Positions 1 through 11,657 of a DNA stretch of 64,000 nt are shown piece by piece. The notes under the pieces are model-generated. The model made no database searches, was not told the origin of the DNA, and was given only the letters and a program-made list of their open reading frames with translations. Position numbers and translations under genes: made by a program. The number at the start of each line of letters is the position of its first letter. Position 1 is the stretch's first letter. This DNA is from Azolla caroliniana (Eukaryota > Plantae > Polypodiophyta), in the NCBI GenBank assembly GCA_043228905.1, contig JBHGNT010000015.1:16058001-16122000 (forward strand), given 5' to 3'.

Positions 1-1
1 G

Positions 2-550
2 GACACTTACGAAAAGAAGGTCGCTGCAACGAAGATGTTTCTGATCCGGCGCCTCTACAACTTGCGGATGAAAGAATCCGATTCGGTTCAAGCACACCTC
101 AATGAGTACGAAAGCATAAGCTCCCAAATCTCGTCACAGGGGACGGCAATCGAGGATGAACTCAGAGCAATGATACTCATGAGTAGCCTTCCCTCATCAT
201 GGGAAACTTTCGTCACAACCGTGTGCAACGCGTCAACCACGGCTGTTAAATACTCCGAAGTCACGAGCGCAATCCTGACCGAAGCAGCTCGGAGAAAGTC
301 TTTCGCCAAAGACTCAACAGACGACGCTTATGTAGTACAAGGTTCGACAGACCGATCGAACATACGAGGAAGAGATTCCTCACGGCCGCCGAACAATCAG
401 TGAAGACGGAGCCAGTCACGGGATAACCGAATCTGCAACTATTGCAAGAAACCCGGACACATCAAAGCCGACTGCCGCGCACTCAAGAACAAGAACAACA
501 AGAAGAGTGGCCGGCATGAGGAGGTCAACTACGTCAGCTTCTCAGCTGAT
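2..550 (+). CDS. copia A Gag (UBN2-like region plus CCHC zinc knuckle), interrupted by one in-frame TGA at 401-403
   Basis: Frame open from position 2; gag motif 'LMSSLPSSWETFV'; CNYCKKPGHIKADC at 434-475 lies after the stop, in the same frame as pol. Confidence 0.88.
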
Positions 551-3500
551 GTGCTACCAGACGACCCGAATATACTATCAATCGAAAATCCAGTCGGATC
601 AGAAGTTCTACTCACGACTGAAGAGTCGAGCACATGGCTCTTAGATTCGGGCGCGTCATTTCACGTGACTCCTCATCGATCCCAATTTCGGCAATATACG
701 ATCCGTCACTCCGACTCAGTTCGAGTCGGTAACTCGCAACACTGTGACATCATCGGAATCGGCACATTAGAGCTCAACCTTGCAGGTGGCTCTACACTTG
801 TACTCCACGATGTCCGACATGTACCCGAGCTCTCAAGGCCATTGATCTCAGTCGGACAACTAGATGAAGACGGCATTCGTGCCGGTTTTTCTTCGGGAGG
901 GTGGACACTCCACAGGGGGAACCTCCTGCTTGCTAGAGGACCCAAGATACACTCACTGTATCCGTTACATGTTACGCTCAGAGAGGGTAACCTGTTTTTG
1001 GTGGATATTCCTGTGTCATCACTATGGCACCGAAGATTAGGACACCTCAGCAAGGCCGACATCACGCACCTATCTAGAGCCGGATACATCCCCAAACTCT
1101 CCTTCTCCGACCATCAATTCTGCGAGCATTGCCAGTATGGCAAACAAGCAGCCGCGTCACACCCGACATCAGCACCAAGAGAAACGAGACCTCTTGATTT
1201 AGTCCATTCGGATGTCTGTGGCCCAATGCCGCATCAGTCTCTAGGCGGTGCCTCTTACTTCGTCACTTTTATTGACGATTCGACTCGAAAGGTGTGGGCT
1301 TATCCGATTCGCACCAAAGATCGGGTCTTCTCGATCTTCTCAGATTGGCTCGCTATGGTAGAAAATCAAACCGACCGAAAACTGAAATGCTTTCGGACAG
1401 ACAATGGGGGAGAGTTCAAATCCGAAGAATTCGTCAAATTCTGCCGACAACGCGGCATCCGACGTGAATTTACGGCACCACACAGCCCGGAGCAAAACGG
1501 GATTGCCGAACGCATGAATCGGACAATCCAAGAACGGATAGTTTCCATGCTCCAACACTCCGGACTGTCGGATGGCTTCTGGGCAGATGCTCTACTCACG
1601 GCAGTACACATAATCAATATGTCGCCAAGTAGACCTCTAGGACTTCAAATTCCTCAGGAACTATGGATCGGCAGTAAGCCGAATTACGACAAGCTGAGGA
1701 TCTTCGGATGCGAGGCGTACGCCCTTATTCCGAAAGATGATCGCCGAAAACTTGCACCTCGGTCCAGGAAATGCATTTTCCTTGGATATGGATCCGACGG
1801 CGAAATGGGATACCGACTCTGGGACCCCGAACGCAGGCAAATCGTTCGAAGTTCGGACGTTGTGTTCAACGAGTCGGCTATGAACCCATCAGTCGAAAAA
1901 CCGATCGAAGTCCGAAGGGTAACATTTTCTGATGTGCCGACCCTTCAAGAAGGCCCCGCTCTCAACACACGGTCAGCTTCACGGGTAGCTGAACCTTACA
2001 CTACCGACTCGGACAACTCCGACTCGGCACAGCAGAACAATCCGCTTTCGGACCATCCGACCTCGATACCCGATGCGACCAGTCCAATCATACCTCGACG
2101 ATCCGAGAGACTGTCGCAACCTCCGGAGAGGTATTCTCTTGGAATTTTCTTCACCGACGCCGGCGAACCGACGTCTTACGAAGAAGCATCGACATCTGTC
2201 GATTCCGCCACCTGGCATCTGGCGATGGAGTCGGAAATGCACTCCATTCGAGCAAACAAGACTTGGGATCTGGTCGAACTACCTAGGAACCGACGTGCTC
2301 TTCCTTGCAAGTGGGTTTATCGACTAAAAGAGACGTCTGATTCGACCACCCCAAAGTACAAGGCCAGATTAGTTGCGAAGGGCTTCCGACAAGAATATGG
2401 CGTCGACTTCGACGAGATTTTTTCACCAGTGGTGAAAATGACAACCCTTCGTTTTCTGCTCGGCGTCGTGGCAGCCGACAACTTGGAGCTGATTCAGCTA
2501 GATGTCAAAACAGCCTTCCTCCATGGTGATCTCGAGGAGGAAATTTATATGGAGCAGCCAAAAGGCTTCGTGGCAACCGACCAAGAACATCTAGTCTGCC
2601 GACTCAGGAAGAGTCTATACGGCCTCAAACAGGCACCGCGACAATGGTACAAGAAGTTCGACGACTTCATCCAATCGATCGGCTTCTCCAAAAGCGATGA
2701 GGACCATTGTCTCTTCACCAACACAGCTCAAGATGGATCACCCATCTTCCTCATCATTTACGTGGACGACATGCTAATTTCTGGACGCCACGCGGGCGAA
2801 CTTGCCGATCTCATTCGGCAACTGCGGTTGAAGTTTGCCATGAAGGACCTCGGTCCGGCACGACACATCCTTGGCATGAAAATTAGTCGGCATCGCGATA
2901 AACGACATCTCTTTTTGTCTCAGACCGACTATATCGGACGTGTCTTGGAACGCTTCAACATGCAATCAGCCAAATCTGCTTCAACCCCGCTCCCAATGAA
3001 TCTTCGACTCTCTCAGCGAGACTGCCCGACATCCGGCCCGGAGGGGGAAGATATGAAGTCGGTACCGTATGCACCGGCAGTCGGCTCCCTTATGTACCTG
3101 ATGGTCGCGACACGGCCTGATATCTCTCACGCCGTAGGAGTCGTTAGCAGATTTATGCACAATCCTGGCCGATCGCATTGGAACGCAGTCAAGCATGTGT
3201 TCAGATATCTGGCTGGCACAAAAGACCATGGCATCCTTTTCGGTCCGAACCGAACCTCAGGCGTAGTCGGTTACACCGACTCGGATTTCGCCGGCTGTAT
3301 AGACAGTCGGAAATCAACAACCGGATACTGCTTCAAATTCGGCAATGGAGCAATCTCGTGGAAGTCGAAACTTCAGGAGTGCACAGCGACCTCAACGACC
3401 GAAGCAGAATATGTAGCTGCGTCCGACGCAGCAAAAGAAGCTTTGTGGCTCGGTCGGCTGGCGCACACGTTTCGACAAGTCGACCATGACTCAGCTCCAG

Positions 3501-3742
3501 TTGTCTACAGCGACAGTCAAGGTGCTGTTGCCCTGTCGAAAAATCCGGTTCACCACAACGCCTCCAAACATATCGACGTTCGATATCACTTCGTTCGGGA
3601 CTGCGTCATTTCAGGGAAAATCGGTCTAGAGAAAATATCCACAACCGACAATGTCGCAGATGGAATGACCAAGTGTCTTTCGGCAGACCGTTTTCGGTCT
3701 CTTCGGCATCAGATGGGCGTAACGACAAACCAGTCCGGTTAG
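551..3742 (+). CDS. copia A Pol (protease, integrase, RT, RNase H)
   Basis: WLLDSGAS (PR); WHRRLGH..CEHC, HSDVCGP, RTDNGGEF, QNGIAER (IN); QLDVKTAFLHG, YVDD (RT); YTDSDFAG, EAEY, KHIDVRYHF (RH). No stops across 1063 codons. Confidence 0.96.
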   Translation: MLPDDPNILSIENPVGSEVLLTTEESSTWLLDSGASFHVTPHRSQFRQYTIRHSDSVRVGNSQHCDIIGIGTLELNLAGGSTLVLHDVRHVPELSRPLISVGQLDEDGIRAGFSSGGWTLHRGNLLLARGPKIHSLYPLHVTLREGNLFLVDIPVSSLWHRRLGHLSKADITHLSRAGYIPKLSFSDHQFCEHCQYGKQAAASHPTSAPRETRPLDLVHSDVCGPMPHQSLGGASYFVTFIDDSTRKVWAYPIRTKDRVFSIFSDWLAMVENQTDRKLKCFRTDNGGEFKSEEFVKFCRQRGIRREFTAPHSPEQNGIAERMNRTIQERIVSMLQHSGLSDGFWADALLTAVHIINMSPSRPLGLQIPQELWIGSKPNYDKLRIFGCEAYALIPKDDRRKLAPRSRKCIFLGYGSDGEMGYRLWDPERRQIVRSSDVVFNESAMNPSVEKPIEVRRVTFSDVPTLQEGPALNTRSASRVAEPYTTDSDNSDSAQQNNPLSDHPTSIPDATSPIIPRRSERLSQPPERYSLGIFFTDAGEPTSYEEASTSVDSATWHLAMESEMHSIRANKTWDLVELPRNRRALPCKWVYRLKETSDSTTPKYKARLVAKGFRQEYGVDFDEIFSPVVKMTTLRFLLGVVAADNLELIQLDVKTAFLHGDLEEEIYMEQPKGFVATDQEHLVCRLRKSLYGLKQAPRQWYKKFDDFIQSIGFSKSDEDHCLFTNTAQDGSPIFLIIYVDDMLISGRHAGELADLIRQLRLKFAMKDLGPARHILGMKISRHRDKRHLFLSQTDYIGRVLERFNMQSAKSASTPLPMNLRLSQRDCPTSGPEGEDMKSVPYAPAVGSLMYLMVATRPDISHAVGVVSRFMHNPGRSHWNAVKHVFRYLAGTKDHGILFGPNRTSGVVGYTDSDFAGCIDSRKSTTGYCFKFGNGAISWKSKLQECTATSTTEAEYVAASDAAKEALWLGRLAHTFRQVDHDSAPVVYSDSQGAVALSKNPVHHNASKHIDVRYHFVRDCVISGKIGLEKISTTDNVADGMTKCLSADRFRSLRHQMGVTTNQSG

Positions 3743-3935
3743 AGCCGGACACAGAGCAGGATGGTTCCCGACAACCGACATCAGTTCCTTAATGATCGGC
3801 TTCAACTGTTCCGACCCGACCAGTTCGGTCTTCTGCCTTCGGACCCTGCCGACTCGAACAAAGCTGATATGTCCGAGAACCCAAGTCTATACCTGTAATC
3901 TTAGATAACCCATGTATACGCCCATTACGGGGGAG

Positions 3936-4224
3936 TGTCGAATACATGTGTATAATGGACGTATTCACACTATCCCGTTTTGGCCATTTATGTAATTAGC
4001 ATAAAGGGTAGTTGCCCTAAGTCGGTCACTATATATAGTGACCTTGTAACCTTTTTGTAAGGTTGGATGTTGTATTAGTGCTTTGAGAAATAAGAAACTC
4101 TTTTGTGCCTCTCTCTCTCTCTCACTCTCTCTCTGTGCAACGACCTACAAACTGTCATACGCAGGCATTCAGCAAGGCTATGAATGCTACTTGATCTTCC
4201 GCACTGACGACCTCGTCTCCAACA
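3936..4224 (+). repeat. 3' LTR of copia A (~289 bp)
   Basis: Starts TGTCGAA immediately after the PPT; TATATATA box near 4029; ends TCCAACA; another copia's pol sequence resumes right after. Confidence 0.85.
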
Positions 4225-6056
4225 CATGGGGGCTCGACTACGTAAACTACATGGACACAAGCGAACCAAGCTCATACGAAGAAGCGTTAGTCACACCAAA
4301 TCCTGACACATGGCTACAAACCATGAAACCTAAGATGAACTCGATCAACAAGAACAACACATGGGAGTTGGTCGAACTACCTGCTCGAAGGAAGTCGTTG
4401 CCTTGCAAATGGGTTTTCAGATACAAATATGTATCCGACTTAGAGAAGCCCAAATACAAAGGTTGGCTCATCGTGAAGGGATTCAAACAAGAACAGGGGG
4501 TTGACTACGATGAGATATTCTCCCTAGTAGTCAAGATGACCACCCTTCGGCTCCTAGTCGGGGTCATTGTGACAGAGGACCTAGAGCTTGAGCAGTTGGA
4601 CGACAAGACAACTTTCCTACACGGAAACTTGGAAGAAGACATATGTATGTCTCACCGCTAGGCTTCTCGACGACGATGGAGGAAGGTCACCTCGTATGTT
4701 GATTGAAGAAAAGCCTTTACGGCTTAAAACAAGCGTTGAGGATGTGGTACCAGAAGTTTGACTCCTACATCCAACAGCTCGGCTATAGACGGTTCCACTT
4801 TGACCCATGTCTATATACTCGGCAACTGGCCAACGAGGCCCAGATCTATATGATCCTATATGTCGACAACATGCTAATTGCAAGAAGCAATCAAGTTGAA
4901 ATCGGAAAACTAAAGCGAAGCCTTCACGACAACTTTGCGATGAAGGAACTCGGTCAAGCCCTACACATACTAGGCGTGAGGATAGAGCGAAATCAAACAG
5001 CAAAGACTCTCCGGTTCTCCCAGTCCAACTATATTCGTAAGGTGCTAAAGTGCTTCAACTTGGAGAATGTGAAGCCAACATTGACTCTGCGACTGACGTT
5101 GATCCAACTATCGGACAAAGACTCTCCTTCAACGTATAAGGAGAGAGAGCTCAATGGAAAGATACCCTACGCATCGGTAGTACGAAGTATCATGTACGCG
5201 ATGGTGGCGATCGGACTTGACCTTGCATATGTCGTAGGGGGCATCAACCAGTACATGTCAAACCCAGGACGGAAGCATTGGGAAGTCACCAAGCACATCT
5301 CCAAGTACCTAGGAGGGACAGAAGATGCACAACTGACTTTCGGGTCAGCAAATCCGACCAAAGTCGAAGGTTATACTGACTCCGACTATGTCAGGAATCC
5401 GGATAATCGGAAGTCAACAACTGGCTGCAACATCTTTGTTCTCTCGGCATTCTGACTTTGTAGACTTTGCTTCTTTAGCTCGTCTGATCGGGTCATTTTT
5501 TGACTTACCTTTTGCTCTGGAGCAAGGACACGGACTAGAGAAGAAACGATTGAGGGACGAAAAGTTGGAGGACAGATCGAGGATCCAACAAAGAGCATAG
5601 GAGCGAGCACGAGTGGAGAACAGACGATTCAGACAATCAACCGAATTCGGCTGAAAACCGACTTTAACTCTACAACTTCGGTTACATACCGACAACCTAG
5701 CTTGTATATCTATACCTATAGATTAGACTTGTAATGTAGGTTTACAAGGGAGATAACCCCAATCATTTGTATACATAACAAAGAGTAGTCCTTTTACGAG
5801 GGAGTTTGTTGACATAAAAGGCCGACTCCTTCCACTTGTTTCCTAGTGTGAACACGTCTTGAAGTTAGGGCTTGAGTATATAAACTCTAACCTAACGTTG
5901 TAACAATGTGGATCGATCTTGAGTCTTGTAGAGAGAGAGTTACAGAGAAATAGAGAACTTCCATTGAAGCTCCAACCACATCTGTCTTTGTCTTCTTCTT
6001 CTTATCACTACATATATGTATTGTTTGTTGTGCATAGAAAGATAGGTCCTCATACA
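4225..6056 (+). mobile_element. Older degenerate Ty1/copia element B (RT, truncated RNase H, PPT, probable 3' LTR ~5807-6056)
   Basis: EPSSYEEA, KSLYGLKQA, YVDN(D) and KSTTG motifs with stops and frameshifts; PPT GAGGGAG 5798-5804, then TGTTGAC at 5807; the LTR end is uncertain. Confidence 0.85.
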
Positions 6057-6080
6057 CTGTTCCGCGCATATCTTTCCCAC

Positions 6081-6434
6081 AATCCCTTCTTGGGTTCCCC
6101 CCTTCATGGAATCCTTGTTTGTGCACTCATGCTTTCGTGGATTTCCTTCCTTTTTGGGAATGTTTTGAGCCCATGTGGAATTGAAACAATACTCATGGAA
6201 TTGGACAGACGCTCATAGACTCGAAAGCACGCTCGTCAAATCAAAAGAGATCTCCATAAATCCCCATTCCTAAAATCCCTTCATGGGTTCCCCCTTTCAT
6301 AGAATCCTCGTTCGTGCAATCCCTTTTTTGTGGATTGCTTTTCTTTTGGGGAATGCCTTGAGCACTCGTGGAATTGAAAGGGTGTTGGTGGAATTGAAAG
6401 GGTGTTTGTGGAATTGAAAGGGTATTCGTGGAAT
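6081..6434. repeat. Imperfect ~193-bp direct repeat containing a 20-bp minisatellite (GTGGAATTGAAAGGGTGTTG x3.3)
   Basis: AATCCCTTC(T/A)TGGGTTCCCC at 6081 and 6274; 20-bp units at 6368, 6388 and 6408. Confidence 0.75.
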
Positions 6435-6604
6435 CCTTTCACATAATTCAGTCATGAAATTTCTTTTATGAAACCCTCTTTGACGGCTTCGGAGCCCATT
6501 CACTCGGTAAGGTTGCAAACATCGTTACACACTAGGTTTAAGATTAATAATCTTTGTAGAACAAATGTTAGATTAAGAACCAAATAAGCTTGATTACAAT
6601 AAGA

Positions 6605-7009
6605 TGTTGAGAATCAAGCTCAACTTGGTCTAGGGTGTGAACTCACCTTGAGAGTGAATAGACACTCCAACGGTCAAGAGTCACCATTATGTCACCACTT
6701 TGTATTCTAGCATTTAGTATGAGTCATAGAATCATATTCTATTACACATAACTTATGAGCTTTCACATTCCCCATGCTCCATGAGTCTTGTAGTTAATGA
6801 AGAGAGAGGGTGACTATATAAAGCACCCTCCTCCCACCTTGAGAAAGGTTGAGTCTTTCTCCTTTGTTAATATACTTTACCTTGCGTATTCTTTGTGTCT
6901 TACTCCTTGTCTCTCTCACTCACTCTCTCTCTCTCTCTCTCTCTCTCTCATACACACACATAGTTCATATCTATTCCGCTACACATAATCCATCTCTTGA
7001 TTCTTTATA
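6605..7009 (+). repeat. 5' LTR of copia C (~405 bp)
   Basis: Begins TGTTGAGA; TATATAAA near 6815; (CT)n tract; ends ...TTTATA (CA probably mutated to TA) next to the PBS; start shared with the solo LTR at 39142-39573. Confidence 0.8.
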
Positions 7010-7021
7010 TGGTATCAGAGC
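7010..7021 (+). promoter_or_regulatory. Primer binding site complementary to initiator tRNA-Met 3' end
   Basis: TGGTATCAGAGC, the canonical plant LTR-retrotransposon PBS. Confidence 0.93.
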
Positions 7022-7159
7022 GATTTAGTAGCTCCATCTAGCCCATTCACGTGTGTTGAGCTCTACGCCGACGTTCAAGAAGAACCGGCTCATCACTATC
7101 GTAGCTTCGCTACATAGCTCGCATTCGAAGAGAGAAGAAGAAGAAGAAGAATCGACATA

Positions 7160-10100
7160 ATGAATACTCAAATGGGGAGCACTCTCCCTACCGAGAAGTT
7201 GGATCGAAACAACTTTGCATCTTGGGAGTACAAGATGCACCAATACCTTGTCGGACAAGGCTATTGGAGCTACATCAAAGGAGAGCACGAAGACCGACCC
7301 GCCGAAGCAACTCCCAGATACGCAACATGGGAGCAAGCCGCAAGTCGCGTGATGTATTGCTTGGCGACATGTGTTCACGACCACATGCTTGGCTATATTC
7401 GCGAAGCCAAGACACCGAAGGGGCATGGGAAAATCTACGAAAGATTTTCGCAGCGAACACAACCACAAGAAGGCTTCAACTCCGCCAAGAGTTGAACAAC
7501 ATTCAACAAAGGGACATGTCCATCACGACATACACATCAAAGATCAAGGAGCTTTGTGATTCTCTCAACTCGATAAGTGTAAATATTGATGATGATGAGA
7601 TGGTGCAAATATGCCTCGGCGGCCTCGCACCACGGTTCGGCGCGATGCGAACCGCCATTCTAGCACGGGAGAAATATCCCTCCTTCTTCGAGCTCCAATC
7701 AATGCTATTGGTCGAAGAAAACCACATGCGTACAAGGAGCAATGAGTCGGAAGGCCACATGCTCTATATGCACTCGAACGGCGAAAGAGGACGCGGACGA
7801 GCGAGAGGCCGATTCGGCCAAGGACAAGGCGAACGAGGTCCGACCTACGACAACAACTCCCAATTTCGGCCGCAAAACGGAAGCCAACGAGGAACCTTCA
7901 CAAAAAGGGGGAGCTTCCACTCCGGCCCGAGCAGTCAAAATGCAACCGAATGCGGATATTGCGGAAAGTTTGGCCACCACGAAGAAGAGTGTCGAAAGAA
8001 GATGTGTGAATCGCTTTCCACAAGCCGATTACGCGTACAATTCCGACTATGAAGAGTATAGCGGAATGTACGGGCACAACTTCGACTACGAAGATTGTGG
8101 CGGAATGTACACACACAAATCCGGCCGTGGCAGAATGTTCATGATGAAACATAGAGCAAACTCTATGTCGGCCTCTACCTCAACTTGAGCCCTCAATCCG
8201 GAGGACATATGGTTTGTTGACACCGGAGCCTCAAACCATATGACATCTCATAAAGAATGGTTTCTCGAACTTCGAGAGCCGGAGCGACCCGGTTATGTCG
8301 AAACCGGAGATAACACTACATACCTAATTCGGCACATCGGCGATGTTCCGTTCGGTGAAAGAGGTAAGCAAACATACATTAAAAATGTCGTGCATGTTCC
8401 CACCATCACGAAGAATTTGGTCTCAGTCGGCCAAATGGTTGAGCAAGGGATGCAAGTACGATTCGACCAAGAAGGGGCTTCATCGAAAAAGAGGGCCGAA
8501 TCATCATGCGCGGAAGAAGAGAGGGCCAGATGTTCATTCTCGATTCACACGAGATGAAATCCACCATGTTCGCAAAAAGCACGAAAGCCGACTCCGACAT
8601 AGAACTATGGCACAAGCGAATCGGCCACATCAATCTCAACAAACTCAAAGCAATGAAATCGAAAGGAGTCGTCATCGGATTCCAGACATTCAAAGAGAAG
8701 GAGATTGAAGGTGTATGCGAAGTGTGCCAATTTGGCAAGCAACACCGACACCCATTCCCGAAAGAGCGGAACATGAGCAAAGGTCTACTCGACGTAGTCC
8801 ATTCCGACGTATGGGGACCGGCACAGACGGCTACATTCGGCGGAAGCCAATATTACGTGCTCTTCATCAACAACTTCTCTAGGCACACTTGGATCTATCC
8901 GATGCGGCAAAAGAGCGAAGTGTTCGGACACTTCCAAAAATTCAAGAATGAAGTCGAGAAAGCTACGGGTCGTCATGTACGATGCCTTCGATCGGATGGC
9001 GGCAAGGAGTACTTCTCGGACGATTTCATGGCGTATCTCCGAAAGGAAGGAATTCGGCGAGAATTCACTTGCCGACACACTTCGCAACAAAACGGAGTAG
9101 CCGAGCGCAAAAATCAGCACATCCTCAAAGTAGCGCGGGCCATGATGAACAAGAAGCATATGCCCAAGTCATATTGGGCCGAAGCTGCAAATACGGCCGT
9201 CTACCTAATGAACCGGTGCACAACATCCGGAGTGCACGAGGTTACTCTGCACGAAAAATACTTCGGAAAGAAGCCGGACTTATAGCACACCCGGATATTC
9301 GGCGCGATAGCGTACGTGCACATCCCCGACGAGAAGCGTCAAAAGCTTGACCCGAAGTCGAAGAAATGTATCCTCGTAGGATACTCACTAGAGAAAAAGG
9401 GGTACAAGTGCTACAACCCCTCAACTCGAAAATCTCGAGTAAGTCAAGACGTCGTTTTTGACGAGTCCGCATCCTGGTACGCACCAGAGACAACTTCGAC
9501 TCCGACTCCGCTCAACCCGGAATCCGCCGAACAAGAGATAGAGGATGAAGATCGCCTTACGCTCATGTTCGAAGAAAGTCCGATCACGACCCGACTAAGC
9601 GGACCACAAGAGCCTTTGAGCGATCAAAGCACATCATGGCCTAGCCCGAAGATGGACAAAGGCAAGGTGAAAATGGCGGAATACGAAGACGATCGCTTCG
9701 ACGACGAGGAGTCAACTCACTCACTCGATAGTGAGTTTGGCGGCTTCGATGTACCAATCGGAGCTAAGAAAGCCCTCATCTCTGCAAATGAAAAGCTCCA
9801 CCAATCCACTCATGAAAAGAACCTCGTAAGCCGATTCGGCTACAACAATTATATGGCGTACCATTACGCCTTTATGATGAAGGTAGCAACAGTACGGGAG
9901 CCGGAAACCTTTTCCGAAGCTGCGAAGGACCCGCGATGGATCGAAGCAATGAACGAGGAGATGCGTGCATTACGCAAGAACGAGACATGGGATCTCGTTC
10001 CCCACTCACCGCACAAGAAGGCAATCGGTTGCAGATGGATCTACAAGGTGAAGCATAATGTTGATGGCTCTGTAAACCGCTACAAAGCTCGACTCGTAGC

Positions 10101-11409
10101 GAAAGGATACGCTCAGACACATGGTGTCAACTATGAAGAGACCTTTTCCCCGGTGGCAAAGATGACGACAGTGCAGACCGTGATCACACTTGCCGCGGCA
10201 AAAGGGTGGCACCTCCACCAAATGGACGTCAAGAACGCCTTTCTCCAAGGCGAATTAGAAGAGGAGGTGTACATGATACAACCACCCGACTTCAACTCGA
10301 GCACCCATCCGAAAGTTGTATGCCGACTCAAGAAGCCACTCTACGGCCTTAAGCAAGCACCACATGCTTGGCATTCGAAGATTATGCACTATCTTCATCA
10401 AATCGGCTTTCGAATGTCAAAATCCGACAACTCCCTCTATGTGCGACACGACTCTAAAAGCTTAATTGTCATCATCCTATACGTGGATGATCTGGTCATT
10501 GGAGGTGAAAGTCTAATCGACATCAACAAGGTCAAATCCTTCCTTTCCGACAAGTTCGAGATGACGGACATGAAGGAGCTCCACTACTTCCTCGGCATCG
10601 AGGTAATTCGGACTCCGGCCGGAATCATGATTTCTCAACGGCACTACATCCTCAACTTGTTATACAAGTTCGGTATGGCTGAGTGCAAATCCACGGCAAC
10701 CCCGCTCGATCGCAATCTCAAACTCGATGTGAACTCCGACACCAAAGCGTGTGAGCCGACTCAGTATCCGGTCGGTCTCCTTAGCCAATTCATGCAAACA
10801 CCGCGTGATACTCACTTGGATTGCGCTAAGCGAATTCTACGATACGTGAGCAGCACAATGGATTGCGGCATCCTCTACAAGACCGCGATGCTAATACGAT
10901 TCGAGGGGTACACAGACGCCGATTGGGCCGGCTACAAAGCCAATAGAAGATCAACCCCCAGATTTGTTTTCTCCCTCGGCAACGGAGCAATCTCCTGGAG
11001 CAACAAAAAGCAACCAATTGTCGCTCTTTCAAGCACAGAGGCGGAATACAGGAGCGCGGCAGTGGCCGCATGTGAAGCCGTATGGCTCAAAAGGATACTC
11101 AAGGATCTGGGCGTACCCATCAAGGATCCGACTTCCCTTTACTGTGACAACATGAGCAGTATTTATCTGGCTCGGAACCCAGTGTTCCACGCACGGACAA
11201 AGCACATTGAAGTGCACTATCACTTCATCCGAGAGCGCGTTCTAGCTGGCGATGTCGACCTACAACACATTAGCACAAATCTTCAAATGGCCGACATCTT
11301 CATTAAAGCCTTAGGAGCCGACAAGCTATGGCAATTCATGACCGATCTCAAATTGACGATCCCTAACCTGCCAAGCTTGAGGGGGAGTACTGAAGACACT
11401 ACGCAATAA
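7160..11409 (+). pseudogene. copia C gag-pol, disrupted
   Basis: KLDRNNFASW (gag start), CGYCGKFGHHEEEC, WFVDTGASNHM, WHKRIGH, LRSDGGKEY, HQMDVKNAFL, YVDD, KHIEVHYHF; split across several ORFs by frameshifts and stops. Confidence 0.9.
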
Positions 11410-11464
11410 CGCGTAGATTCCGCAACTGCGCACTACGCAATAACACGTGGATTCCGCAACCACG
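11397..11464. repeat. 34-bp tandem duplication in the copia C 3' region
   Basis: CACTACGCAATAAC(G/A)CGT(A/G)GATTCCGCAAC at 11397 and 11431. Confidence 0.85.
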
Positions 11465-11657
11465 CAACGAAGCCACGAAGAGCCGATCTACCACGCAAAG
11501 CCGCGAAGAAAGACGCAAGCCGAAGCACAACCCTCCTCTTCGAGTGCATCTTTTCTTCATCTTTTCCGCCCCTCTCTCTCTTGAATAAGAAGAAACCCTA
11601 AATATCCTCATTCACAACCCCAAAAGAAACTTAATCAAAGGAGAAGGAGAAGATGAT

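Larger units (their letters stand above)
1..4224 (+). mobile_element. Ty1/copia LTR retrotransposon A (Tnt1/Tork-like), young; 5' part lies outside the window
   Basis: Domain order gag-PR-IN-RT-RH in one frame; PPT GGGGGAG at 3929-3935 directly followed by a TG...CA LTR. Confidence 0.95.
6605..11540 (+). mobile_element. Ty1/copia element C (Ale-like), decayed; 3' LTR not found
   Basis: 5' LTR, tRNA-iMet PBS, gag-PR-IN-RT-RH with frameshifts and stops, ORF ending in SLRGS. Confidence 0.92.

Noticed and set aside
401-403. Programmed gag-pol stop-codon readthrough
   Set aside because: The stop precedes the zinc knuckle and lacks a known readthrough context; CpG decay is simpler.
706-3489. Antisense and alternate-frame ORFs within copia pol
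   Set aside because: Expected shadow ORFs of a GC-rich coding region, with no motifs.
4083-4661. 192-aa ORF as an env-like or extra gene
   Set aside because: It is a chimera of copia A LTR sequence and copia B RT.
6368-6434. CRISPR-like repeats ending in ATTGAAAG
   Set aside because: The period is 20 bp with near-identical 7-bp 'spacers', there are no cas genes, and the context is plant TE sequence; it is a minisatellite.
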